Assembly: GCF_018977255.1 (NCBI RefSeq)
Contig: NW_024704752.1
Coordinates: 13,020,001 to 13,084,000, forward strand
DNA length: 64,000 nt
Reading direction: 5' to 3'
Origin: Callorhinchus milii
Lineage: Eukaryota
Positions within the stretch are counted from its first letter, which is position 1. Each line of letters opens with the position of its first letter. The notes under the pieces are model-generated. The model was not told the origin of the DNA, did no database searches, and saw only the letters and a list, made by a program, of their open reading frames with translations. Below are positions 9,956-20,707 of the stretch, in pieces. A program made the translations under genes and the position numbers.

Positions 9956-11927
9956 TTCTCTCGTACACGGTATATAAAACGCACCTGGCTAGCTTGCTAC
10001 AAGTGCATCATTGCTCCTTCACCATAAATAACTACAACCAAACTTAAGTGGGACTTTAAAATAGGTAATAAGCGGGAAGCGTGGGCCAATGTGTGCACTG
10101 TACACTGTTAATACGCTCAGTATTACAAACACTGGACATACAGGAATACAATCCTGAGTTTCACTGATAAGGCTGTAGATTAAAAACTACAGCTCTTTAC
10201 GCTCACTCCATTCATTTCAAACAACCCATCCAGTTAAATACGAACAGGGCACACCAATGGGTAAGTTACCTTTAACTCCTAGGCAGTTTTTATCTAAACA
10301 AGGAAAGGGATCTAGCATATGGAACAGCTGGGCATTGGCCAATAACCTCCAAAAGAGGGTTTCTTGTCCAAAGCTGTGCTTAAGAAATTATTTTCCATCA
10401 CTTTGTGTTAAGTGAATAGACCAAAACCTACTTTTTTTTAAAAAAAACTTTACATTTTGACACTTGTCAGTTCTATGTATGATTATACAAACTGAAATTG
10501 TTACAACAGTACCTCTAAAAATCCGGTGTGCAAGGATTCCCTTATTGTACAATGGATCACAGACAATTCCATTCTTCACTAATGCTGGGTAAGAGGCCTC
10601 TAACATCGTCTGTGGCACAAGACTTTTTCTCAGGTTCCTACATCAATTGTTTCTTTGGTCTCTGCTCTTCCCACTGCACCAATTCACATTCTGGTTATTA
10701 TAGAATCTGTACCAGGATTGCACTGAATAGTTTAGTGTATGTGCAAACATCACTGCTCATAATAGTTCATAGCAGCATTATATGTGGACTTTTGCATGGT
10801 GCAGATCTGGGTTAGGTAGTTTTATAGCATTACCATTACTTGTTTCCCTTCGCAATACGAGGTAGGAAAGAGAAAAAGCCATGTGGCACATGTACATCAG
10901 ACGCCAAGACAAACCACAAACCCCACAGTGCAGAAATCCAACTCCAATGGTAGGAAATTAAGTGGCACCGTCCTCTTTGCACAATAACTTTTCTGCCTAA
11001 CAATGTACTTACCCAAAATAAACTAAATATGAAACATAATGGGATTTATACACCAGATATTATGATGCTTAGTGTGTGATAGGAAGTGATGCAAAGAAAC
11101 TTCCTGGGATAAAGTTCTGAGCTTGACTGATTAAAAAGGCAACACCAGGGAATCTGAAAGACCAGGTGATGCAGTCAATATTATTGAACATCCTGCTCTG
11201 CTTGGGGTATTTGTTATGCAGTGGGAATGGTTGCGTTGATGCAGGAAAAGCATAGTTGCGTTGATTCTCTGAAGAACATCTTCTGTTCTGGGGAAACTGT
11301 TGACCAACAATGAGTGAGTCACCCAAACAGTTCTTAGAATCCTCTGGGTCTCAAAGAGCTTCCTGGAAAAACAACAAGTCCAAGTACAATACATGAGTAT
11401 TGCCTCCCATGTCAGTAGTTCCCTTTACAGTTGGTCCTGAATAGTCTTGTGGGAAGGGGAAAGAACAGAAGGGAAGGATCTTGAGGAAATTATACCAGTC
11501 AGTTCTGAACATTGGGAGATACAGAATCCATTCTAGTTGCCATTAGAACGGACCTTTAGAAAGCGAAAGACTGAAGTCTGGCAAGAGCAACGTCGGGATT
11601 TAGTGCACAGGTACTACCCCGGTTCCATCTGCCTTTTACAACTACAGATGCTGTTGAACATGTGGATTCTCAACAACAGTAAATATATATTTTTAAATCT
11701 CTTCGGCCGAGTGGAGCAACAGCAAATGGGCCTCTTTGTAATTTCTCCATCGTACAAGTCGAAACCCCACTAAGAGTGTCTTTTCAGCTAACCCACAGTT
11801 TCTGCAGGTTGGATTTTGAAAGCGACAGAATCACTTTTGCAGGTTGCAACAGGTTGGATTCTAAATCAGGACAACCTCCAGTACCTTTAACCTCTTATTT
11901 AAAATCTTAAAAACCAGAAGATCTGAA

Positions 11928-12112
11928 AGGGTGGTGGAAGCAGATTTGATAATAACTTTCAAAAGGGAATTCAAAAGATGCTTAAAAAGGAAACATTGGC
12001 TGGGTTATGGGATAAAAGTGGGGGAGTGCGACTAATTGGATAGCTCTTTCAAAGAGCTGGCACAGGCAAGATGGGCCGAATGACCTCCTTCTGTGCTGAA
12101 AGATTCTATAAG
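11928..12112 (+). mobile_element. CR1 LINE 3' end (similar fragments: about 25535-25680 minus, 52770-52925 plus, 61445-61540 plus, 40565-40640 minus)
   Basis: gggtggtggaagcag...ttcaaaagggaatt...gatgggccgaatgacctccttctgtgctg...gattctat is the CR1 3' signature. Confidence 0.75.
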
Positions 12113-13294
12113 TCTGATTTTTTTTGAAAAATTCCAATAAAACCAACCTGTTCAACCTCTCCTAAGTTAAGAGGATCTTGACTTTTCTGTTAAGATGTTT
12201 GTTTGTTTGGGTGGGGAGAGAATCCCCTGACTGCAGCTGGACAGGGTATATCTGTGGGGCTGGGTCACAAGGTGCTTGGGAAGCCCCTGGAGGTGTCAGA
12301 ATCCTCACCAAAATTTAAGGGCAGGGTTGAATGTTTAGTGTTGGATTACATTGTAACCAGGTATCCAAAAATACCGGTGTTACCAAAGCAGGATAAATTT
12401 GTATTTTTTTTTAGAGAAAAAAAAACTTTTCTGGGCCGCTCGCCTCACATCCTCCCTCCTGTCAATTAAATGCTGGAAAATTATTTGGGGTCAATTATTG
12501 TCATGAATTCCCACAATGGCATTTTACCAGCAAGAGATGCTATTCAAGTTCACCTTGCTTCAGTTCAGCAAGCCAGCCTGAGAACACGGAAGCTCATTTG
12601 ACAAAGGCAGGCACAATTTCAATGATAATTCTATGAGGAGCCCTGTGACTTGAAACGCCTTTTGGGTCAGACGGCAAGCAACTGCTCTACTGCTTGTGCC
12701 CTGGACGAACCCAGAGCAGGGAGAATCTTCAAATAAGGGTGACTTGATGCATCTAAAAATCAAGAAAAAACCACTGCATCATTTAACTAGCAGCAGAATC
12801 TGGTCACATCTCCGTGGGATAGGAGAAAGCATATCTACCTGCTCCCAGCCATTTAGGAACAATTATAAAGGTGTGTACTCCATTAACATGTAGCCTTATA
12901 GTTTTTTTTGTGTTTGATTTGAATTTTGAAAATAGAACCTTGGCAGGCAAGCAAGAGAGAGACTGTCTCCTTCCACACAGTATGCGTCTACGGATATAGT
13001 TTGATATATACCATCAATTAACTTTCTCTGTATATAAAGAAATTGTAAAAATATTAATTATAACTTCTAAGTAAAACAAAAGATATCAACCCCTCTATTT
13101 GATGCCACCCCTCATGGCGTTCATGTTAAAATAAAACGGTTTGAGTTTGGATCTAATGGCGCGATCGAGCCTCGTTTCGTTTGACCATGAATCGCTGGCA
13201 TCAGCAGGACATCCCCTGACTGCTGCAGGACGGGGTATATCTGTGGGTGCTGGGTCACGGGGTGCTTGGGAAGCCCCTGAAGGTGCTAGAATCC

Positions 13295-13334
13295 TCACCG
13301 AGCTGAATTTTTACTGGATCCACGTAACGAATAC
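13295..13334 (-). CDS. STK25: STK25 coding exon 11 (terminal)
   Basis: cctcttactag|G completes Arg. (R)YSLRGSSKNSAR*, the length and style of the GCKIII C-terminus. Confidence 0.8.
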
Positions 13335-13448
13335 CTAGTAAGAGGCAAACGGAAAGGAGTCAATCAAAATTGAGGCATTAGCTAATGTGTAGCTGTTGAA
13401 ACTTGTAAATGTCTTTCTTCCTAAAGGCAGCAACTTTCCCAACATTGT

Positions 13449-13759
13449 GGAGTCCTGTAGCTCAGTGGTTAGAGCACTTGCGTCACAGGCGAGAGACCTG
13501 GGTTCGATTCCCAGCAGGGCAAAACCCTGGGCAAGTTTCCTTACTCCACAGGCCTGATAATAATCCCTCAAGAAAAAAATAAAAACAATAATAATTTGGT
13601 CACTCAATCCATGACTGTGTGGGCCCCTGCTGTGCCCAATTGGCTTCTGCATTTCACCCACAAAATATACAGTCAATTCACTTTACAGTATATTCTGTGA
13701 AGCGCTTTGAGACTTCTAGAAGACATGAAAAGCGCTATATCAAATGCAAAGATTATTAT
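13449..13759 (+). mobile_element. Full-length tRNA-derived SINE (Deu-domain body, L2 tail)
   Basis: A box TAGCTCAGTGG, B box GGTTCGATTCC, body gctgtgcccaattggct, tail aaagcgctatatcaaatgcaaagattattat. Confidence 0.9.
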
Positions 13760-14896
13760 CAAAACAGTTTTTAAAAACAATTTTTAAACCGAACTATAAT
13801 GACTTTATACAGATCTACCACTAGGTAATGCTGTTGTATACAAATCATAAAATGTGAATCATAATACTTGTATTTATGCATCAGTAACCTTTTCTGGCAT
13901 TATTCCCTGATTCAGAACAGTCACCTTGCAATAATTTTCAGATGATCAACTATACATTAATATTTATTATACTTGTAAAAATACTTCCATTTATCATAAT
14001 GAATAGGCTGCTGGGAGGGGGAACTGTTTATGAAATCCATAACATAAAAAGAATGTAAAAATTAAGCTTTCACTAATGCCTCAGTTTTTCATCACTAAGG
14101 GCAGTAGAGTTGAACCTTGGTGATCCTGGGCTGAAGGAGAAAAAAAGGTAATGTTTTATTGTCTGATGGCCCCTGCGGGAAAGTGTGCATATTACAATGG
14201 ATTTGGTTCCATAGCCTGACCACTCACTATTTTGGTTCTGTCATTAAGACTGATCACTTGGTTGAAGTACCATCTAGTTATTGTAAAGCCAGCATCAGCT
14301 GCTGGTTCAAATCAAAAAGGAAGAAAGTTGCACTGGGCAAATTGTTTAAAAAGAGAAAAAATAAGCTGTTTAGCACAACTATTTCAATGGTAAAAGCTTT
14401 GAGCATGATCCAAAACAAACTCAACTTTGAATATTAAGTAAATGGTAATTGATTTTTATTTAGGTTGGGAATATATCTCATCCTCTCCAGGAAGAGGGAG
14501 GAGGTCAACAGTTAATTTGTTAATTAAATCCACATGCAGTGCATTGCACATTTACTGATGGCATCCCAGGCCAACTTCAGCCAGTTTGAGGAAATAGGTT
14601 TCCGAGTGTATTAAGACACTCAGCTGATTGGAAAAAATGACAGATTGTATGAGAAATAGAGATCTCACACTATAGAAGCAGTGTGGTGAGCTTTCCTCTA
14701 CATTTGACTTCATGCTGTACTTGACCTGGAATTGCTTAATCTAACAGAATGCTTTGCTCTTCACCTAAACTGTGCCTACCAACCTGGCTTCCAATCTTTT
14801 TGTAGATCATATGTTATTGCCTACTCCTCATAATCCTGTAAACAGACTTCATACACATACATCCATGCACACATACGCTGGGCATTTTTCACTCAC

Positions 14897-15033
14897 CTTC
14901 GTACCCGCTCCACCATTTGTGCTACTAGTTTATCTGAAATGCCCGGACACGACTCTTCTGCCAGGTTAAACGCATTCTCCAGTTCTTCGATGGCTCCCAA
15001 ATTCCCACCACTTACTTTGTGCTTCTCTCGTAG
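14897..15033 (-). CDS. STK25: STK25 coding exon 10 (CCM3-binding dimerisation region)
   Basis: tttgaag|CTA...AG|gtgagt. LREKHKVSGGNLGAIEELENAFNLAEESCPGISDKLVAQMVERVR. Confidence 0.93.
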
Positions 15034-15647
15034 CTTCAAAGAAACAAAAATGAATGAGAAGTCCCAATTACTCAAGTGTGAAAATAGTTTTTTATTCTTC
15101 AATCCTTTGTGAGAGGAAGCCTCAATCTCTCTTTGTACCCTAATAATAAATTGGTCACTTCAATCCACAACTGTTTGTGGGACACTGCTGTGCACAATTG
15201 GCTACCGTGTTTCACCCACAAACTATACAGTCAATTCATTTTACATTCTATTCTGTTAAGTGGCTTGAGATGCCTTGAAGGTGTGATAAGGCGTTATTCC
15301 AAATGTAAGTATTATTACCCAAGCAAAATAAAAACCCAGGGAAGGGGAAGAAATAAACCTGAATTTTCTCATTGTGTCTTTGATTGATTGAGAACTCATG
15401 AGGCAGGTTCTTTAGTGAATTATCAAAATAAGCTCAACAATGAATAGAAACTTAAGAGCTGGGTGACAGAAAATCTTTCCGTTTGCTATCCAAACATCAT
15501 GTTGGGAATGCTTATAGATAGAAGCCCCCCCTCCCCCACCCCATTAATTAACCCCACTGCAGGCCAATTTAAGTACTTTCAACAACAACTTGCATTTATA
15601 CAGCATGAGTTGCCAGGGAGAGAGATAGATACAGGGATTGACATTAC

Positions 15648-15719
15648 CTCTCTGAACATTGGATTGACAAGCGTCGTCAAGCACTTTGATTTCGGCTGTC
15701 GTTTGGTGGACTCCTGGGG
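15648..15719 (-). CDS. STK25: STK25 coding exon 9
   Basis: ccacag|CCC...GAG|gtaatg. PQESTKRQPKSKCLTTLVNPMFRE, 72 nt. Confidence 0.9.
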
Positions 15720-16281
15720 CTGTGGATCAAGGAGTCAAATAGTAGTAAGCCTTCTCACAGGAGCATAAACCAACTGAACAGTCTTCACAAACCAGGTTCA
15801 TTGTACCATTAAAGTAATTAACCCATGGAATAAAAATAAAGTATCTACCAATGGAACCTGCCCATTCAAGTGTAGTCTGGGAGATTATTCAATTACATAC
15901 AGTATTTCCATATTAGAACCATAGAAATTTAAAGCACATTGTGGACATTCAGTCTCTCATATCTGTGCTGGTTCATTTAAAGAGCGAAGAGCCCTTTCCA
16001 CTACATTTACCTGCCTTTACCCTCTAAACCTATAGATGCCTATCTAGTTCTCTTTTAAAAGCTAATATGGATTCTGTTCCAACCACAACACTTCGCATTG
16101 TGCAAGGGTTATTATTCTATCCCATATTATTAGTGGGAATGTGGAAGATCCAGTAATACACATTACATAGCAGATTAATTACTCTGTCTTCGTGCCTTAA
16201 TCCAAATATGATTTAATCATCAAGATTATATTACTAGAAATAAACATTGCAAGTGGAAGGGCACTGATATTCAGAACGAAC

Positions 16282-16393
16282 CTTGGGTGAACTCTGCATG
16301 GCGGCTCCATTCTGAAGCTTACTCAGCGTGCTGGGACGCACCGTAGGAAACGTCCAGACTGGGCACTGATCACGATCATCGGAATCCGCTTCC
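16282..16393 (-). CDS. STK25: STK25 coding exon 8
   Basis: ttttccag|G...AAG|gttcgt. EADSDDRDQCPVWTFPTVRPSTLSKLQNGAAMQSSPK contains the WTF motif. Confidence 0.9.
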
Positions 16394-16652
16394 CTGGAAA
16401 ACATGCTCTGTGTTAGACAAATATGTGGCTCTTCAGTCATTTTTTTAAAATATAAAAACAGTTAAGATTCATACACTCTGCTGCAGCCTCCAACTCATAA
16501 TAAAAGAAACCTAGAGACTCCTACCATAAATCCCGATGTGGTGTGAGCCTGGACTTAATAGAAGTTAGCCTGCTATTCAAAATTCCTGGTTGTCAAAAGG
16601 GACCACCCTAAAGTTTTTGAACACAGATTCCCACCTTTCCTCCCTCCAAATT

Positions 16653-17012
16653 GGAGTCCTGTAGCTCAGTGGTTAGAGCACTTGCCTCGCAAGCGAGAGA
16701 CCTGGGTTCAGTTCCTGGTAGGGCGAAATGTTGGGCAAGTTTCCTTACCCCACACACCTCTTTTTACCTAACAGGAAGTCGGAACCTGGTTGTTAGTCGA
16801 CTGGCAGATCGCTTTTCGGGGAGCAATAATTCCTAAAAAGAATAATAAATTGGTCACTTCAATCCACTACTGTTTGCAGGACACTGCTGTGCGCAAATGG
16901 CTGCTGCGTTTTGCCCATTAAATATACACTTTACAATATATTCTGTGAAGCACTTTGAGACATCTAAGACACAATAAGGCACTATATCAAATTAAAGGAT
17001 TATTTATTATTA
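16653..17012 (+). mobile_element. Full-length tRNA-derived SINE, longer variant with an extra internal segment
   Basis: ggagtcctgtagctcagtggttagagc head, about 60 extra nt near 16760-16823, same body and tail. Confidence 0.88.
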
Positions 17013-17049
17013 CTCCTCTGCACACTTGGTCTGTCACAACCAAACTTAC

Positions 17050-17195
17050 AGATCAGAGTCCTCGGAGCTGGACTCCTCGCCATGACCCTCGGATTTCCAG
17101 CGTTTGTAGCGATCGATCAGCTCAGTCAGGTAGGAGGTTTTCTTTGTGTAGCGCTGGATATACTTGTGCTTTAGCAGCTCCTTTGCTGTTGGCCT
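17050..17195 (-). CDS. STK25: STK25 coding exon 7
   Basis: atcatag|AGG...CT|gtaagt. RPTAKELLKHKYIQRYTKKTSYLTELIDRYKRWKSEGHGEESSSEDSD. Confidence 0.95.
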
Positions 17196-17697
17196 CTATG
17201 ATTGAGAAATTGATTACAGTATAGCAATATACAGCAAAACATTAATTAGCTACCAGTGGGGACCTCAGATCGCTAACATGCCCTACACACCATGGGATTA
17301 GGCCTCTCTTTCCAGTTTACTCCTCCATTTTTCCAGTTTTCTCCATAAGGCCTAACAATGTTTGTTAATGTTATTGTACCCTCTGTTCCAGCTCATACTG
17401 CTAGCTGACCATTCTTATTGGTGTTCTCCAACCAACAGATATTCCCTGAAAATCTACAGATCTTTAAAACCAACACATCGCCCAACATCCACTTCCCAAT
17501 TTATCTCATCTGTCAACTATTCTTTTCAGCTTTGGTGGTGTCCTGTGCCACAAGTTGTATTCCGTATATTCTGAAAGTGTGGAATCTGTTCTTAGTGCTG
17601 CAAACTAATGTTCAAAAAAGCTACCCTGACAAGCCCATTTCCATGCAAACTTTTCATTCGTACTAGTTATAGGAGGCACCAATTCCCATTTACTTAC

Positions 17698-17883
17698 AAA
17701 TTTGGGATCCTTGTTGAGACAGGCCTCCACAAATTCTTTGAAAGGTTTACTGTGGTTTCCTTCCAGAGTTGGAGGGTTGTTTTTAGGAATCAGAAAAAGA
17801 ACTCGCATAGGATGCAGTTCTGAGTTGGGGGGTTCTCCTTTTGCTAACTCAATTGCTGTTATTCCAAGGGACCAGATATCAGC
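17698..17883 (-). CDS. STK25: STK25 coding exon 6
   Basis: tttttag|GCT...TTT|gtaagt. [42 protein letters not shown]...CLNKDPKF. Confidence 0.96.
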
Positions 17884-18039
17884 CTAAAAACAAATAAAAC
17901 AATCTGAGAAAGAGAAATAACAATTCTTTACAAGCAAACAGATTTTCAATGTCACTATCATATCTACCTGAGATTATAAACCAATCTCTTCAGTACCTGC
18001 AAAGTAATAATCCTTATAGCTCACTATAGTTACAAAGAC

Positions 18040-18410
18040 CATGATAGCTCTGTGTATAGCTACAAAGGTCGAAGGTTGAATTCCTGCTCTATGCTGAGTT
18101 AGCTGTTCTCAGTTTGTTGCTTATGGCAATTAGAGTGGTACAATTTGTTTTAGCACCTCTAGGCTAGGGAGGTGGTGGGGAGGAGAGAAAGTTTAAAAAT
18201 ATCAAGCAGAGTTCCTGCTCCCAGTTATTGTCGCGTGATCCCCGCCGGAAGCATGGGTTTGGATAAAAACAGAAAGGAACTAAATTGCTCAATTTCAGCT
18301 GCCAGTCGAAACTGTCAACAATCACTATCTCGCCTCATACATGAATAAAGACAAGAATGCTCCTCGTGTTCATACCCCAGTAAGAACCAGTGCCTTTAGA
18401 AAGGAAAATA
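18040..18410 (+). mobile_element. Old, diverged SINE-like dispersed repeat (related copies about 52930-53250 plus; 32700-32815 and 33084-33135 minus; 53820-53990 minus)
   Basis: Shared blocks ggttgaat(t/c)...tgctgag(t/g)t(a/g)gctg(t/a)tctca and ctca..catgaa. Family not identified. Confidence 0.45.
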
Positions 18411-18791
18411 AATCAGCCAAAAAATATTCAGTCCTGAACGCAAGGAAACACAGAGGCACTAGACTCAGCAGGTAAATTGTTCAAATCTTGGAAGGATGTG
18501 TGTCAAGTTGAATTCACTCCCTCCACAAACTCAGATGAATTTATTCAGTTCTCACCCTGGTCCCTAAATAATATTGACTCATGAAAGTACAACAACTTGT
18601 ATTTATGTAGACCCTTCACGCAGGTAGTGCCTCTACCTTTAAGTAGCGCAGCCTGAAGAGAGTAACGTGAGAAAGGGAGACCTGACATTTCCCAAATGCT
18701 CTCATCAATCCATCACAAGCCAGCAGACATTGGTCACAAAAGAGGTTGGAGTCTGGAATGCGGTGTCCCACCCCACTCTCTACACAAACTA

Positions 18792-19019
<228 letters not shown>

Positions 19020-19557
19020 TTACAAAAGAAAATTAAGAAAAGTTTGTAAGGATATGAACCCAGATTGTACAGGTGACTGGATAAATTGTAACTCGTATAT
19101 CAAGGTAGGTAGTGTCGAAGAAGTGTAAGTTATTTCACTTTTTGTCCCACTCAGTATCGAGCATTCATGAGTCAGATATATCACACTGATGTGGTGCAGA
19201 ACAAGGCTTCTTCTATTTCTGTCCCAATTAAATAGATCTCACCCACAAAATATACAGTCAATTCACTTTACAGTATATTTGTGAAGCGCTTTGAGACATC
19301 TCAAAGACGTGATAAGCCGCTATGTCAAATGCAAGGATTATCATTATTATCATCTCAAATGTTATACATAGCCTGCCCCACACAAGAATGGTCACTTGAG
19401 CAAGGTAGCTAGAACATATGGAATCATCCTCCAAACAAAGTCAGCCCCACAGAAGCTCTTCTTCGGAAATCAAACTATAATAATTTTAAATTATCTGAAA
19501 TGAATGGGGTTACCATGTTGCTATTCGAATTGCTCAACTCATCCTTTTCCGACTTAC

Positions 19558-19666
19558 CCTTAATATCTCGATGGATTTTGCGTTCAGAGTGTAGATAGTC
19601 TAAACCTTTGAGAATTTCCCGGAGGATTGTTGCAATGTATGTCTCCTCCAGGGGCCCTGGTTTGAG
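19558..19666 (-). CDS. STK25: STK25 coding exon 4 (HRD)
   Basis: ttgcag|CTC...G|gtaagt. [36 protein letters not shown] matches human STK25 as recalled. Confidence 0.97.
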
Positions 19667-19792
19667 CTGCAAGAGCAAAACAGTGAGTTAAGAAAAAGTC
19701 ACATCGACTGCCCCAGGTTCTGATGTGGTACCCAAGTTAGTACACCCTTAAAAGTACTGCATTATTGTATCAAAATCAAAAGCAAGACTTAC

Positions 19793-19849
19793 CAAATCTA
19801 ACGCAGATCCTCCACCCAAATATTCCATGATTATCCACAATTTTGTGCC
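19793..19849 (-). CDS. STK25: STK25 coding exon 3
   Basis: acctag|GGC...TTG|gtaagt. GTKLWIIMEYLGGGSALDL. Confidence 0.96.
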
Positions 19850-19959
19850 CTAGGTTTTAAAAAAGATACTAATTTCAAACTTCTGCAACATTAATCCTTT
19901 GCATTCTGGGCTCATACCAGTATATAAAAACTGACCTGCTATATTGATCCACATGTAAC

Positions 19960-20175
19960 AAAAGGCAAAATACTGCAGATGCTGGAAATCTGAAATAAAA
20001 ACAGAAGTCGCTGGGAACACTCAGCAGGTCAGACAGCATTTATGGAAAGAGGAGTTAACGTTTCCGGTCCATGACCTTTCTTCAGAACTGACTAAAGGTC
20101 ATTGACCTGAAACGTGAGCACACTTTCCTCTCCATAGATGCTTCCTGACCTGCTGAGTGTTCCCAGCGACTTCTG
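19960..20175. mobile_element. Penelope-like terminal-repeat derivative forming an inverted repeat, with hammerhead-like motifs
   Basis: Perfect 31-bp arms 20002-20032 / 20145-20175. CTGAnGA...GAAAC motifs on both strands at the centre. Degraded relative near 32535-32660. The family call is from recalled shark repeats. Confidence 0.65.
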
Positions 20176-20476
20176 ATCCACTGATATAAACCATTTTCAC
20201 CTGAACATCTATCATTGGAATCCAATAAGCAGTCCAAATTAGGAAAAATAAATTGTGTCTCTTTAAAATTGGCACAAATAAGATTTATTTACAGATTATA
20301 ATGTTTTACAATTGTTTCATTGACAGAAAATGGATTTTGCAAGAGCCAGTGAACAATCCATATTCGCAGTTTAAGGCAACCAGGGAACCTGAACCCGCAA
20401 TAAGCAGAAGTTAAACAGTTAGCACTGGAGTGATACAAGTAGCTGAGTTAACCATTCCTCCAATCTCCTTACCTAC

Positions 20477-20707
20477 CTTTAAGTAAGAGCCATAATACTT
20501 GGTGACATACGGGCTGTCGCACTGGCTTAACACAGTGATCTCCTGTTGAATGTCCTCGATCTCATCCTCTGCCTCCTCTAGGTCAATGATTTTAATTGCT
20601 ACCACCTCCTTTGTCCGATTCTCAATTCCTTTGTACACTTCGCCAAACGAGCCTTTCCCAATTCTCTCCTGTTTTGTAAAAAGCTCCTCAGGGTCCATGC
20701 GGGCATT
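20477..20707 (-). CDS. STK25: STK25 coding exon 2 (Gly-rich loop, VAIK)
   Basis: ctttcag|AAT...AAG|gtaggt. [77 protein letters not shown]. Confidence 0.97.

Noticed and set aside
13200-13297. Selenocysteine or readthrough at the STK25 TGA
   Set aside because: The protein is already full length, the context is not the UGA-CUAG readthrough motif, and no SECIS core was seen.
13449-13525. tRNA gene (also 16653 and 37968)
   Set aside because: A and B boxes run straight into the SINE body and L2 tail, so these are SINE heads.
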